Part shown: in pieces, positions 9,697 through 19,980 of the stretch
How positions within the stretch are numbered: the first letter of the stretch is position 1
Layout: each line of letters starts with the position of its first letter
NCBI GenBank assembly: GCA_021824345.1
Contig: JAKAKW010000002.1
Span: forward strand, 86,552-150,551
Direction of reading: 5' to 3'
Length of the DNA: 64,000 bases
Origin: a bacterium
GTDB taxonomy: Bacteria; Patescibacteriota; Minisyncoccia; Phycocordibacterales; UBA9973
Translations under genes and position numbers: made by a program
The notes under the pieces: model-generated
Database searches by the model: none
What the model saw: the letters and a program-made list of their open reading frames with translations, nothing else
Told to the model about the DNA's origin: nothing

Positions 9697-10185
9697 CTAG
9701 GAAGCATGTTCCGCGAAGCGCGGATGTTTCTTATAGAAGTTATACTCGTGCCAAGTGAGCCAGATGATCAGGAGATCAAACAAAGAAAGAAGAATCAAGA
9801 AAGCTGAATGAGTGTAGCTATAGCGGTAAATTTGATATGCAATGAAAAGGAAGAGGACGACGATGGCTGTGGGGTATACCCACAGCTTTTTCTTTAAGAG
9901 GCCTGCGACAAGAAAAATTTTTACTACTCCGTGGATTAACAGATATGCCGCCCAGAAAAGCTGGGTGTGTCCGGAAAAGTAGGGGATAAGATTCCGCATG
10001 CCGTTGGCCACCATATCCGTAGGATTTTCCAGAAGCTCTCCGCGAGTGAGGGAAATGATGAGGGAAGTTACGCTTCCGGTAAAGAGGAACATTATTCCGC
10101 CCGCAATTTCCAAAAGAGAGTCCAAGCCTTTTATAAGAAGGCTGATTACGAATACTCGATGGATATTTTTTTCCCGCATCTTCAC
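9697..10185 (-). CDS. DUF2127-like membrane protein
   Basis: KGLDSLLEIAGG, HGVVKIFLV and TWHEY pattern; 4 TM. Confidence 0.7.
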   Translation of the reverse strand: MKMREKNIHRVFVISLLIKGLDSLLEIAGGIMFLFTGSVTSLIISLTRGELLENPTDMVANGMRNLIPYFSGHTQLFWAAYLLIHGVVKIFLVAGLLKKKLWVYPTAIVVLFLFIAYQIYRYSYTHSAFLILLSLFDLLIIWLTWHEYNFYKKHPRFAEHAS

Positions 10186-10231
10186 TATTCTCCCATTTTA
10201 CACTTTTTCAAGCCGGATCCAAGCAATGAGC

Positions 10232-10261
10232 TTGACAGTATATACCCCCTGGGGGTATATT
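10232..10261 (+). promoter_or_regulatory. sigma70 promoter overlapped by a CsoR-type operator
   Basis: TTGACA (10232) and TATATT (10256); palindrome ATATACCCCC-T-GGGGGTATAT (10240-10260) matches the TACCC-n-GGGTA CsoR operator type. Confidence 0.85.
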
Positions 10262-10267
10262 GGAAAC

Positions 10268-10564
10268 ATGAAATCGCATAAACACACGCATTCAACGGGT
10301 TCTGATTATGAAAAGAAAGCGATTCGCCGCCTGCGCATTGCCGAAGGACAGGTGCGGGGATTGGAAAAGATGCTCCTAGACGGCAAATATTGCATCGATA
10401 TTATTAATCAGTCCCAAGCCGTCAAAGAGGCTCTTGCAGGTTTTGAAAATTTAGTACTGGAGCATCACCTAAAAACTCATGTTGCCGAACAAATGAAAAA
10501 AGGAGAACAAGCGAAAGCGGCCAAAGAGATCCTGTCGGTCTACAAAATTTCAAGAAAAAAGTAA
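10268..10564 (+). CDS. csoR: CsoR-family metal-sensing repressor
   Basis: RLRIAEGQVRGLEKM...YCIDI..Q..AV...LEHHLKTHV. Confidence 0.9.
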   Translation: MKSHKHTHSTGSDYEKKAIRRLRIAEGQVRGLEKMLLDGKYCIDIINQSQAVKEALAGFENLVLEHHLKTHVAEQMKKGEQAKAAKEILSVYKISRKK

Positions 10565-10567
10565 ACA

Positions 10568-12745
10568 ATGGATTGTTGCGAGCATAAAAAATCTGACAGT
10601 GAAGAACACGGCAACATGAGAGCAGTTTCCGGCGGGGCTATGTACGCCTGCCCGATGGATCCGGATGTGGTAAGCGACACGCCGGGTAAATGCCCGAAGT
10701 GCGGAATGGATTTAGTTTCCGTGGGGATGGAGCAGGCAGGAGGCATCGGCGGCCACGGCAAACAGGACGGCCATGCGGGGAATTCCATGCGCCCCCGGGG
10801 GGCGGAGCAGGATTTTAGGCTCAGATTTTTTATCACGCTGCCCTTCGTGCTTCTGGCGATGGCGCTATCGCTGAATATTCAGAAATGGCTGGGCTTCCAT
10901 TTTAATTTTTCCGGCCGGGATATCGTTCTTTTTCTAGACGGCGCCATTGTCTTCTTCTATGGAGGCTGGCCGTTTTTCAAAGCGTCAAAGGGGGAACTTT
11001 CCCAAAAGAATCCGGCCATGATGACGTTAGTGGCTTTTGGTATTACCGTCGCCTTCTTTTTTTCCATAGCCGCCACTTTTATGTTTTCCGGCGAATCCCT
11101 GTATTGGGAAATGGCCACTTTGATTTCGGTGTTTCTTCTTGGCCACTGGCTGGAAATGCGGGCGGTACGGGGAGCCACCGGCGCCCTCACCGAACTTGCC
11201 AAGCTCATACCTCCTTCCGCGCATCTTCTTAAAGGCGGAAGCACTTCCGAAGTGGAAACCGGACAGCTCTCCATCGGCGACAATATTTTGATTAAACCGG
11301 GAGAAAAAATTCCGATTGACGGAAAAGTGGCGGAAGGAGAAAGTTCCGTGAACGAAGCCATGATTACCGGGGAATCGCGCCCCGTCGCAAAAAAGGCGGG
11401 CGACGCGGTCATCGGGGGATCCATCAATCAGGACGGATCGCTCACGGTGCAAGTTTCAAAAACCGGGACCGACACCGCCGTCGCGCAGATAATGAAACTT
11501 GTGAGAGAAGCGCAGGGTTCCAAGCCGAATGTACAGCATTTGGCCGATAAAGCGGCGGCCGTATTGTTTTACGTAGCAGTTGCCGCAGGAGTTCTGGCCT
11601 TTGTTTTCTGGTTCTTTATTTTTCCGCAAGGAGCGATTTTTGCCGTTACGGTTGCCGTCGCGGCTGTTGTAGTTGCCTGCCCGCACGCGCTCGGCTTGGC
11701 AATTCCGACCGTTACTTCTATCACCGCCGCTCTTGGAGCGAGGAACGGCGTTTTAATAAAAGATATGAAAGGGCTGGAAATAGCCAGGAAATTGGACTAT
11801 GTTATTTTAGACAAAACGGGAACTTTAACTGAGGGAGAATTCGGAATTTCCGATATTGTTCTTGCGGATAATTCCACTGTCGGGGGTAAAAACGAACTCC
11901 TGCGGATGGCCGCCGCGGTTGAGGCGCCGTCAGAGCATTCAATAGCGAAGGCGATTGTCCGCAGAGCAAAAGAAAGAAATTTGCCAATTCCGGAAATCAA
12001 GGGATTCAAATCATTCCCCGGCAAAGGCGCAAAAGGAGAAACGGAAGGAAGAAATATTCTAGTCGGCAGTAAGGCGTTCTTGCTTGATCAAAAAATAGAG
12101 ATTACCGGGAATTTAAATTTCAATGAGACAGATACCCCGGCATATGTTGCGATAGGCAATGCGTTTGCCGGAACGATACTTCTATCGGATGCGGTTAGGG
12201 ATGAATCCAAAGAGGCGATTCAAAAACTGCATGCCTTGGGAATCAAAACCGCCATGCTTACCGGGGATACGCAAGAAGCGGCGGAGAAGGTTGGAAAAGA
12301 ACTGGGGATCGATAAGGTATTTGCCCATGTCCTGCCGGAAGACAAAGTAAATAAGGTAAAAGAATTGCAGGACGAAGGCAATATAGTGGCCATGGTGGGC
12401 GACGGAGTGAACGACGCGGCGGCGCTTGCCCAATCCCATGTCGGCATCGCCATCGGCGCCGGCACGGATGTGGCTATAGAATCGGCGGAGATTGTTCTCA
12501 TGAAGAGCAATCCGTTAGATATAGTCAAAGCCATAAAGCTCAGCCGGAAAACGAACCGTAAAATGCTGCAGAACCTCGCCTGGGCGGCGGGCTATAACGT
12601 ATTTGCTATTCCCATCGCCGCCGGAGCGCTTTATCCGTCTCTCGGCATTCTGCTTCGGCCAGAGTGGGCGGCGCTTTTAATGAGCGCTTCTTCGGTCATT
12701 GTGGTAATTAATGCGCTGTTTTTGCGCCGAGAGAAGCTGAGTTGA
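10568..12745 (+). CDS. Copper-translocating P1B-type ATPase
   Basis: N-terminal YACPMDP...CPKCGM metal-binding domain, CPH motif, DKTGTLT, GDGVND, YN and MSASS. Confidence 0.93.
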   Translation: MDCCEHKKSDSEEHGNMRAVSGGAMYACPMDPDVVSDTPGKCPKCGMDLVSVGMEQAGGIGGHGKQDGHAGNSMRPRGAEQDFRLRFFITLPFVLLAMALSLNIQKWLGFHFNFSGRDIVLFLDGAIVFFYGGWPFFKASKGELSQKNPAMMTLVAFGITVAFFFSIAATFMFSGESLYWEMATLISVFLLGHWLEMRAVRGATGALTELAKLIPPSAHLLKGGSTSEVETGQLSIGDNILIKPGEKIPIDGKVAEGESSVNEAMITGESRPVAKKAGDAVIGGSINQDGSLTVQVSKTGTDTAVAQIMKLVREAQGSKPNVQHLADKAAAVLFYVAVAAGVLAFVFWFFIFPQGAIFAVTVAVAAVVVACPHALGLAIPTVTSITAALGARNGVLIKDMKGLEIARKLDYVILDKTGTLTEGEFGISDIVLADNSTVGGKNELLRMAAAVEAPSEHSIAKAIVRRAKERNLPIPEIKGFKSFPGKGAKGETEGRNILVGSKAFLLDQKIEITGNLNFNETDTPAYVAIGNAFAGTILLSDAVRDESKEAIQKLHALGIKTAMLTGDTQEAAEKVGKELGIDKVFAHVLPEDKVNKVKELQDEGNIVAMVGDGVNDAAALAQSHVGIAIGAGTDVAIESAEIVLMKSNPLDIVKAIKLSRKTNRKMLQNLAWAAGYNVFAIPIAAGALYPSLGILLRPEWAALLMSASSVIVVINALFLRREKLS

Positions 12746-12746
12746 T

Positions 12747-13085
12747 ATGCATCTGAAAAATAAATTTAAAAAAATGACGGCGTTTCTGATTCTGGCAGTA
12801 TTTATAGCCGTCATTTTTTCTTCGGCTGTTTTCATGGCGCACAGCTCGTCGGCCAACTGTCCATTGTCGGCCACAGGCACCTCTCTGTGTCCTCTTGAGC
12901 CCGCCTTCTTGATTTTACACGAAGCTTTTTTGCAAAATGATTTTTTTAATCCAATAGCCGTTTGTCTGGTTTTCCTTCCTTTTTTGGTTTTTCCATTGCG
13001 TTTTCTGATTTCATTTGATTTTTCCGTCCGCCGGAGAACAATGCGTTGGCTTTCCCTTTTTGAGAACAGTCCCTCTTTCGTGTAG
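12747..13085 (+). CDS. Small hypothetical membrane protein
   Basis: Two hydrophobic segments, two CP motifs, 1 nt after the ATPase stop. Confidence 0.55.
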   Translation: MHLKNKFKKMTAFLILAVFIAVIFSSAVFMAHSSSANCPLSATGTSLCPLEPAFLILHEAFLQNDFFNPIAVCLVFLPFLVFPLRFLISFDFSVRRRTMRWLSLFENSPSFV

Positions 13086-13177
13086 CGCAAAAAGGAAGCA
13101 ATTTCTTTTTTGCGTGTTTTAAATCCGCGCTGTCGAAGGTCGGATTTCTTTTAATTCATTCAAAACATATAAAAAAA

Positions 13178-13699
13178 ATGAAACCAAAAAAAATTATTAT
13201 TTCCCTCGGGATAGCTTTTATTCTTTTCGGGCTTGTCGTTTGGGGCAGGGTGGCAAGCAAGAGAGATACTGTGCCTTCAACCGGTCCTCTTCTCGGACAG
13301 GTTCTGCCCAATGAGGCCAGAAATCACGTGCCGGACGGAACTCAAGTAACTTATGATTCCAATCCTCCGGCAGGAGGCCCGCATTATGCGGAAACTGCGC
13401 ATGTCGGGATTTACGGCCGGGCTCCATCAGACGGATATCTTGTTCACAGCCTGGAACACGGGGCAGTCATAATATGGTATCAGCCCGGCCTGTCCGAAGC
13501 CGAGATTAAACAACTGAAAAATATATATGATTCCGTGCCGGTAAACAAAAAGATCATGGTGCCGAGGGAAAGCCTTAATGTTCCCGTAGCCCTGTCTTCA
13601 TGGGGAAGAGTTCTTAAGCTCTCTTCCATTAACGAATCCGAAATTAAAGAATTCATGGAGACCAATTACGATCGCGCCCCGGAGCAGGAATCAATATAA
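13178..13699 (+). CDS. DUF3105-like secreted or anchored protein
   Basis: N-terminal TM; YDSNPPAGGPH and VHSLEHGAVIIWY motifs. Confidence 0.8.
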   Translation: MKPKKIIISLGIAFILFGLVVWGRVASKRDTVPSTGPLLGQVLPNEARNHVPDGTQVTYDSNPPAGGPHYAETAHVGIYGRAPSDGYLVHSLEHGAVIIWYQPGLSEAEIKQLKNIYDSVPVNKKIMVPRESLNVPVALSSWGRVLKLSSINESEIKEFMETNYDRAPEQESI

Positions 13700-13754
13700 C
13701 CCGCAAAGTTTTTCTTTCCCGAACGGTTCGGGATGCATATTCGGTTCCGGAAAC

Positions 13755-13790
13755 AACCCGGAAGGAAGCAAAGCTTCCTTCCGGGTTTTC
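13755..13790 (+). terminator. Intrinsic terminator-like hairpin
   Basis: AACCCGGAAGGAAGC-AAA-GCTTCCTTCCGGGTT followed by Ts. Confidence 0.6.
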
Positions 13791-13807
13791 GTGTTAGAAT
13801 GCCTTCT

Positions 13808-14266
13808 GTGAAGCATTTTGTTTCAAAAAACGAAAAAGACACTCGGACGGTTGCGAAGGAAATTCTGGATGAAATAATGAAGGACGGAAAGGAACGTTCC
13901 CGGGCCCTGGTAGTGGCCCTCTCCGGGAATCTTGGATCGGGTAAAACCGCTTTTACCAAGGCGGCTGCCCGCAATTTGGGAATAAAAAGCCGGATAACCA
14001 GCCCCACTTTCGTGATTATGAAGAGGCATTCCTTTTCTGCCGGAAAGGGATCAAAAGAATTCAAATTTTTTTTCCATATAGATGCCTATCGTCTAAGGAA
14101 TGAAAAGGAAATACTTAGCTTGGGATGGAAAGAAATTTCGGATGACAAAAACAACCTCATTTTCATTGAATGGCCGGAAAACATTCAAAAAGTTTTACCT
14201 CGCGGAGCGCGGCGCATAAGCGTCTCGGCAGACAAAACCGGCGCAAGGCATTTTAAATTTAAATGA
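13808..14266 (+). CDS. tsaE: tRNA t6A biosynthesis ATPase TsaE
   Basis: LSGNLGSGKT, ITSPTF, HIDAYRL, IEWPE; GTG start inferred from TAGAAT 7 nt upstream. Confidence 0.92.
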   Translation: MKHFVSKNEKDTRTVAKEILDEIMKDGKERSRALVVALSGNLGSGKTAFTKAAARNLGIKSRITSPTFVIMKRHSFSAGKGSKEFKFFFHIDAYRLRNEKEILSLGWKEISDDKNNLIFIEWPENIQKVLPRGARRISVSADKTGARHFKFK

Positions 14267-14826
14267 ACAGAAAAAACGCGTGGAAAAATGAAAAATTGGC
14301 GGAAACGCTCTTGCAAGGAAAAATAGCGGTGATGCCCACCGATACTATTTACGGTATCGTGGCCAAAGCGGAAAATCGGGAAGCGGTGGAGCGCGTTTAT
14401 GCGGCAAGGGGAAGGGATAGCCGGAAGCCTTGCATAATTTTAATCGGCGAAGAAGAACAACTGGAAAAATTTTCGATAGCGCTGTCCGAAAAACAGAAAG
14501 CTGAATTGGGTAAATATTGGCCCGGACCGATCAGTATTGTTTTTAACTGCCCGGCGGAAAACCTGGAATACCTGCATCGGGGAACGAAAAGCCTGGCCTT
14601 CCGCCTACCGGCAAATTTAATGCTTCGCGAACTGCTTTTGAAAGCCGGTCCTCTTGTTGCGCCTTCGGCCAATACTGAAGGCGCGGCCCCCGCCCGCACC
14701 ATAGCGGAAGCCGAAAAATATTTCGGCGACTCGGTTGACTTTTATGCTGACGGCGGAACCTTGGAAGGCGCTCCGTCCCGGGTCGTAAAGTTGAACGCCG
14801 ACGGAAGAGCGGATATAATTAGATGA
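14263..14826 (+). CDS. tsaC: L-threonylcarbamoyladenylate synthase (TsaC/Sua5 family)
   Basis: PTDTIYGI, WPGPISI, APSAN motifs. Confidence 0.92.
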   Translation: MNRKNAWKNEKLAETLLQGKIAVMPTDTIYGIVAKAENREAVERVYAARGRDSRKPCIILIGEEEQLEKFSIALSEKQKAELGKYWPGPISIVFNCPAENLEYLHRGTKSLAFRLPANLMLRELLLKAGPLVAPSANTEGAAPARTIAEAEKYFGDSVDFYADGGTLEGAPSRVVKLNADGRADIIR

Positions 14827-16154
14827 TGAATCAAGAGACTCCTTCTTCTTCCGTTTCCGAGGACGCTCCAAAAAATTCCGGCGGCCCGCTGGTGAAATTC
14901 CGCAAACATTATTGGAAGATACTTGGACCGGGGCTTACCACCGGCGCGGCGGACGATGATCCATCCGGCATTGCCACTTATTCGCAGATGGGAGCGCAGA
15001 ACGGTTTCGGCCTTGCCTGGCTGTCGGTCTTCCTTCTCCCGTTCATGGCCACGGTGCAGGAAATGTGCGCCCGCATAGGCTTGGCCACCGGAGCGGGGCT
15101 TGCTTACAATATCAAGCGCCATTATTCCCGGAAAGTTCTGATGTTCTCCACTTTCCTTCTTTTGTTCGCCAACGTGTTCAACATAGGCGCGGACCTGGGC
15201 GCCATGGCCAAGGCGACGGAACTTCTGGCGCCGGGCGCCAATTTCGTGCTTCTGATTTTTTTCTTCGCGATATTGTCTTTGGCCCTGCAGGTGTTCATAC
15301 CTTACAAAAAATATTCCAAATATCTCAAATATCTTTCTTTTGTGCTGATTGCTTATGTTTTATCCGCGGTATCCATCCGCATGGATTGGCCTTCCGTACT
15401 GCGCCACTTGGTAATACCGACCATAAGCTTTTCCAAGAGTGAAATAATTATCATTGCCGCCGCCTTCGGCACCACCATATCTCCTTATCTTTTTTTCTGG
15501 CAAACGGATCAGGAGATAGAAGAACAGATTGAACGGGGGGAAACGAGCGTTAAGTCCAGAAAGGCAGGGAACACTCCGGAGAAGATCAAAGATATGCGGG
15601 AAGACGTATGGTCCGGAATGGCTTTTTCAAATTTGATAATGTTTTTTATCATTGCCGCCTGCGCCGCCACCTTGTTTCCGAACGGCATTACAAACATAAA
15701 CACTGCGGCCGAAGCGGCCCTGGCCCTGCGGCCGTTTGCCGGCGATTTTGCGTATTTTCTCTTTGCTCTCGGCATTATAGGGACCGGTCTTCTGGCTATC
15801 CCGGTTCTGGCCGGGTCCGCCTCTTATGCCATTTCCGAATCAATGGGCTGGAAGTTCGGCCTATACCGCAAATTCAAACAGGCCGCTTCTTTTTACGGAG
15901 TAATAATCCTCGCCGTGGCGCTTGGCATTGCCATGAATTTTATCGGCCTTGATTCAATTAAAGCTCTCATATACTCAGCAGTGTTGAACGCCGTTGTTTC
16001 TCCCTTGGCGATTTTCTTCATTCTGCGCATCAGCGGCAATGGGAAAATAATGGGTCAATTCAAGAACAAGCCGATTGGAAACATCTTCGGCTGGATAACT
16101 TTTTTCGGAGCGGCTATACTAAGCGCTCTTTCAATATATTTTTTGATATGGTAA
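14823..16154 (+). CDS. NRAMP-family divalent metal transporter
   Basis: GPGLTTGAADDDPSGIATYSQ and GTTISPYLFFWQ. Confidence 0.9.
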   Translation: MMNQETPSSSVSEDAPKNSGGPLVKFRKHYWKILGPGLTTGAADDDPSGIATYSQMGAQNGFGLAWLSVFLLPFMATVQEMCARIGLATGAGLAYNIKRHYSRKVLMFSTFLLLFANVFNIGADLGAMAKATELLAPGANFVLLIFFFAILSLALQVFIPYKKYSKYLKYLSFVLIAYVLSAVSIRMDWPSVLRHLVIPTISFSKSEIIIIAAAFGTTISPYLFFWQTDQEIEEQIERGETSVKSRKAGNTPEKIKDMREDVWSGMAFSNLIMFFIIAACAATLFPNGITNINTAAEAALALRPFAGDFAYFLFALGIIGTGLLAIPVLAGSASYAISESMGWKFGLYRKFKQAASFYGVIILAVALGIAMNFIGLDSIKALIYSAVLNAVVSPLAIFFILRISGNGKIMGQFKNKPIGNIFGWITFFGAAILSALSIYFLIW

Positions 16155-16209
16155 ACAGTTAGTGCGGATGTCAAGGACGGAGGGCGACCCTCCTTCCTAA
16201 ACGAAAAAT

Positions 16210-17229
16210 ATGATGGTAAAAATTATTGAAAATTACGATTTGTCCAAGCTGAATACTTTCGGAGCGCCGGCGAAAGCGCGGTATTTCGCCGAAGTATCTT
16301 CGGAAGAGGAAGCGCGGGAACTATTTGGGAGCGAAATCTTCAAAAAAGAGAAAAAGCTTTTTATTGGCGGAGGCAGCAACATACTCTTTACTGAAGATTT
16401 TCCCGGCATCGTGGTCCGCGACAATTTGCGCGGAATTGAAATTATAAGTGAAAGCGAAGGAACTGCGAGAATAAAGGCGATGGGGGGAGAACCGTGGGCA
16501 GCCCTTGTTGATTTTTGCGCCGGACGAGGATGGTGGGGCGTGGAAAATCTATCCTTAATTCCCGGCACAGTCGGGGCGGCGCCCATGCAAAATATCGGCG
16601 CTTATGGAGCGGAGTTGAAAAATTCCCTTTACATGGTTGAAGCGCTTGACGTGCAAACGGGGGAGAAAAAAACTTTCCATAGAGACGAATGCGATCTCGG
16701 ATACCGCACCAGCATATTCAAAAGTTCGCTGAAAGGAAAATATTTCATCACCTCTGTCATCTTGGATTTGAAAAAGCATGGAGAAGCGAATACAAGCTAT
16801 CGCGTTCTTTCGGATTATTTGGAGGAAAAGAAAATAACCGTGCGCGGACCCAAAGACGTGAGCGACGCGGTGGCTGAGATACGGCGAAGCAAACTGCCCG
16901 ATCCGGCAAAGATCGGAAACGCCGGAAGCTTTTTCAAGAATATTTTTGTTTCCGAAGAAAAGCTCGCGGAGCTTCTTTCCCGCTTTCCGGACATGCGCTA
17001 TTTCCGGGAGGACGGAACGGCCAAGATACCCGCCGGCTGGCTGATTGAACAGTGCGGTTGGAAAGGGAAGAAGGTCGGCAGGGCGGGGGTGCACGACAAG
17101 CAAGCGCTGGTTTTGGTGAACCTTGGCGGGGCCGATGGAAAAGAAATAAAGCGCCTTGCGGAGATGATTATCCGCTCGGTGGAAGAAAAGTTCGGACTTC
17201 GGCTGGAAACGGAAGTGAATATCTGCTAA
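16210..17229 (+). CDS. murB: UDP-N-acetylmuramate dehydrogenase
   Basis: GGGSNILF, IPGTVGAAPMQNIGAYG, GNAGSFFKN, LETEV. Confidence 0.96.
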   Translation: MMVKIIENYDLSKLNTFGAPAKARYFAEVSSEEEARELFGSEIFKKEKKLFIGGGSNILFTEDFPGIVVRDNLRGIEIISESEGTARIKAMGGEPWAALVDFCAGRGWWGVENLSLIPGTVGAAPMQNIGAYGAELKNSLYMVEALDVQTGEKKTFHRDECDLGYRTSIFKSSLKGKYFITSVILDLKKHGEANTSYRVLSDYLEEKKITVRGPKDVSDAVAEIRRSKLPDPAKIGNAGSFFKNIFVSEEKLAELLSRFPDMRYFREDGTAKIPAGWLIEQCGWKGKKVGRAGVHDKQALVLVNLGGADGKEIKRLAEMIIRSVEEKFGLRLETEVNIC

Positions 17230-17261
17230 TATTCAAATATTAGGAATAATTTTTCAAACTA

Positions 17262-17813
17262 ATGAGTGCCAAAACAACCATTATCACGGCCCTAGCGGTA
17301 ATAGCGGTGGTCGTCATCGCAGTGTGGGCTTTTGTAGCCATTAATAAGGACAACAAGGAAGGGCCTGCCATTGCAGCCGACATGTCCGGAAATGCTTCCG
17401 GATCAAACGACAATTCCGGAACTTCCTCCCAATCGTTCGTACCTCATATTGATGGAGTGGATATAACCGTGCTGAAAGAAGGGACCGGCTCTTCGGCTCA
17501 AGCCGGCGACACCGTTTCGGTGAACTATACGGGGAGACTTTCCGACGGAACAGTTTTTGATTCCAACACCGATCCGAAATTCAGCCATGTGGAGCCTTTT
17601 ACCTTCACTCTCGGCGAAGGCCAAGTTATAAGAGGATGGGATGAGGGAGTTGTCGGAATGAAAGTCGGCGAAGAAAGAAAACTGGTTATCAGCCCCAATT
17701 ACGCCTATGGATCCGGCGGAATAAAAGGAATCATTCCGCCGAATTCCACTCTGACTTTTGATGTCACTATGTTATCAGTAAACAGCGGATCCTCCGCAAA
17801 AAGTTCGCAATAA
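17262..17813 (+). CDS. Membrane-anchored FKBP-type peptidyl-prolyl isomerase
   Basis: VNYTGRL..FDS, VIRGWDEG..GMKVGE, IPPNSTLTFDV; N-terminal TM. Confidence 0.92.
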   Translation: MSAKTTIITALAVIAVVVIAVWAFVAINKDNKEGPAIAADMSGNASGSNDNSGTSSQSFVPHIDGVDITVLKEGTGSSAQAGDTVSVNYTGRLSDGTVFDSNTDPKFSHVEPFTFTLGEGQVIRGWDEGVVGMKVGEERKLVISPNYAYGSGGIKGIIPPNSTLTFDVTMLSVNSGSSAKSSQ

Positions 17814-17817
17814 GAAT

Positions 17818-18630
17818 ATGGAAATACCAAACACACATAAAAAAATTCTCTTTTATGTTTTTACCGCTTTTTTGGCGGTGTTGACCGTTTATTTCGCGGC
17901 GCAGGCGGTTTTTGCCATTAAATATTCCGGATCCTCGGACAAGTCGGTCGAACACACGATCACCGTTTCCGGGCACGGAGAGGTGGATGCTTCTCCCGAC
18001 ATCGCCAATATAAGCTTTACCATCATGAAGGACGCAAAGACGGTTAAAGATGCCCAGGATCAGGTTGCTCAAATTGAAAAGAAGGCGCTGGAACTGTTGA
18101 AAGCGGACGGGGTGGAAGAAAAGGATATAAAGACTTCAAGCGCTTCATTTAGTCCCAAATATGAGTATGTGTATTCTTCCCTCGCTCTTCCTTGCGGACA
18201 GTACGGCTGTCCTCCCAGGCCCGGTAAAAATGTCATTACAGGTTATGAGGCGTATGAGACAATCAGCGTAAAAGTTCGAAACATAGACAGTACCGGAAAG
18301 ATCATCCAAGATCTCGGAGGAACGGGAGTATCCGATTTGAACGGGCCCAACTTCGCGATTGACAAAGAAGATGCGATCAAAGCCGAAGCCAGAAGCAAGG
18401 CTATCGCCGATGCCCAATCAAAAGCGAAAGAACTTGCGAAGGAACTGGGAGTGAGCTTGTCCGGCGTGGCTAATTTCAGCGAGTCGGGCAACAATGTTTA
18501 TCCGGTGATGTACAAGAGCGCAGCGATCGGCGCCGGAGCCATGGATTCCGCGTCGCCCGTTCCCGCCCAGCTTCCCAGGGGCCAAAATACGGTCACTTCC
18601 GACGTAACAATCACTTACGACTTCAAATAG
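17818..18630 (+). CDS. SIMPL/DUF541-domain protein
   Basis: TITVSGHGEV..PDIA, AR.KAI.DAQSKAKELA..LGV. Confidence 0.85.
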   Translation: MEIPNTHKKILFYVFTAFLAVLTVYFAAQAVFAIKYSGSSDKSVEHTITVSGHGEVDASPDIANISFTIMKDAKTVKDAQDQVAQIEKKALELLKADGVEEKDIKTSSASFSPKYEYVYSSLALPCGQYGCPPRPGKNVITGYEAYETISVKVRNIDSTGKIIQDLGGTGVSDLNGPNFAIDKEDAIKAEARSKAIADAQSKAKELAKELGVSLSGVANFSESGNNVYPVMYKSAAIGAGAMDSASPVPAQLPRGQNTVTSDVTITYDFK

Positions 18631-18736
18631 CTTCTCGCTCAAGGGCGGAGGATTACCCTCCGCCCTTGGTGTTTGACTTTTTGCCTGAAAAGAGTATATT
18701 CAAAAAAGCCCCCTGCGGGGGCTTTTTTGAAGAGGA

Positions 18737-18916
18737 ATGTCGAAAATAAAAAATTATTTGAAGGAAATAAAGGCGGAGCTGGTCCATGTGGTATGGCCGA
18801 GCAGGAAACAGACGGTTTATTACACCATTTTGGTGATCGTCCTTTCCATCGTGGTGGCGTACTTTTTGGGCCTCTTTGATTTTATTTTCCTCCGAGGATT
18901 GCAGCTGCTGGTATAG
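18737..18916 (+). CDS. secE: Preprotein translocase SecE (not in the ORF track, 59 aa)
   Basis: Own translation MSKIKNYLKEIKAELVHVVWPSRKQTVYYT... has the ELxxVxWP motif and one TM; directly upstream of nusG. Confidence 0.93.
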   Translation: MSKIKNYLKEIKAELVHVVWPSRKQTVYYTILVIVLSIVVAYFLGLFDFIFLRGLQLLV

Positions 18917-18929
18917 CGGCCATTGAAAT

Positions 18930-19478
18930 ATGTCCAAACAAGAGGCACAAGGCGTCAGAAATTGGTACGCCATTCATACTTACTCCGGATACGAAAACGT
19001 GGTCCTGCGAAATTTGAAACAGCGCATAGATTCTTTGATGATGCATGACAAGATTTTCAATGTGATCGTGCCGGTGGAAAAGAAGATCAAGATTAAAGGA
19101 GGCAAAAGGGTGGAAGTGGAGGAAAAAATATACCCCGGCTATGTTTTGGTGGACATGATAGTAACCGACGATTCATGGTACGTGGTAAGAAATACTCCGA
19201 GAGTGACCGGCTTCGTGGGAGCGGGAGTGAATCCTGTTCCGTTGAAGAAAGAGGAAGTGGATTATTTGTTCAAGAAAATGGAAGGAGGCGGATCCGTCAA
19301 GCACAAGATTGACCTGGCGGAAGGGGAACTGGTGACCATTACGGACGGCCCCTTCAGGGATTTGGAAGGCCGGGTGGAGTCGGTGGACCAGGAACGCGGA
19401 AAAGTAAAAGTGCTGGTTTCCATGTTCGGCCGGGAAACTCCGGTAGAGCTGGATTTCTTGCAAGTTAAGAAGACATAG
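18930..19478 (+). CDS. nusG: Transcription factor NusG
   Basis: WYAIHTYSGYE, PGYVLV, VRNTPRVTGFVG, KOW domain. Confidence 0.97.
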   Translation: MSKQEAQGVRNWYAIHTYSGYENVVLRNLKQRIDSLMMHDKIFNVIVPVEKKIKIKGGKRVEVEEKIYPGYVLVDMIVTDDSWYVVRNTPRVTGFVGAGVNPVPLKKEEVDYLFKKMEGGGSVKHKIDLAEGELVTITDGPFRDLEGRVESVDQERGKVKVLVSMFGRETPVELDFLQVKKT

Positions 19479-19506
19479 GTTAATCTATGGCTAATCACAT
19501 AAAATT

Positions 19507-19932
19507 ATGGCAAAGAAAATAATCAAAAAAATAAAGCTTCAGATTCCGGCCGGAAAAGCGACCCCCGCTCCTCCGCTTGGACCCGCTCTCGGACAGGCCG
19601 GCATAAACATCGGCGATTTCGTGACCAAGTTTAATGCGGCTTCCCAAAAGATGGCCGGAGACATAGTTTCCGTTTCAGTCTCGGTATTTGAAGATCGAAC
19701 GTATGATTTTATAATCAAAACACCGCCCGTTTCCGGATTGATCTTGAAAGCGGCGGGTATCGAGAAAGGTTCGGGCAAGAACGCCCTCAGTAAAGCCGGA
19801 AAGATTACCAGAAAGCAGGCGGAAGATATTGCGGAAAAGAAAATGCCGGATTTGAATGCCAAAGATATGGACGGCGCCGTGCGCATCGTTGCCGGATCCG
19901 CCCGCTCAATGGGAGTGGAAGTTGAAAATTAA
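19507..19932 (+). CDS. rplK: 50S ribosomal protein L11
   Basis: GKATPAPPLGPALGQ...ARSMGVEV. Confidence 0.97.
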   Translation: MAKKIIKKIKLQIPAGKATPAPPLGPALGQAGINIGDFVTKFNAASQKMAGDIVSVSVSVFEDRTYDFIIKTPPVSGLILKAAGIEKGSGKNALSKAGKITRKQAEDIAEKKMPDLNAKDMDGAVRIVAGSARSMGVEVEN

Positions 19933-19980
19933 AAGTTTATCAAAGAAGGAAGCTCTGCTTCCTTCTTTCTTTTTAAAAAG

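Noticed and set aside
7463-10200. Prophage or integrative element at tRNA-His
   Set aside because: No integrase, no duplicated tRNA 3' end and no phage structural genes
13755-13790. CCGGAAGGAAGCA resembling the SRP RNA helix-8 motif
   Set aside because: It lacks the preceding TCAGGT and is one arm of a perfect hairpin followed by Ts, which fits a terminator
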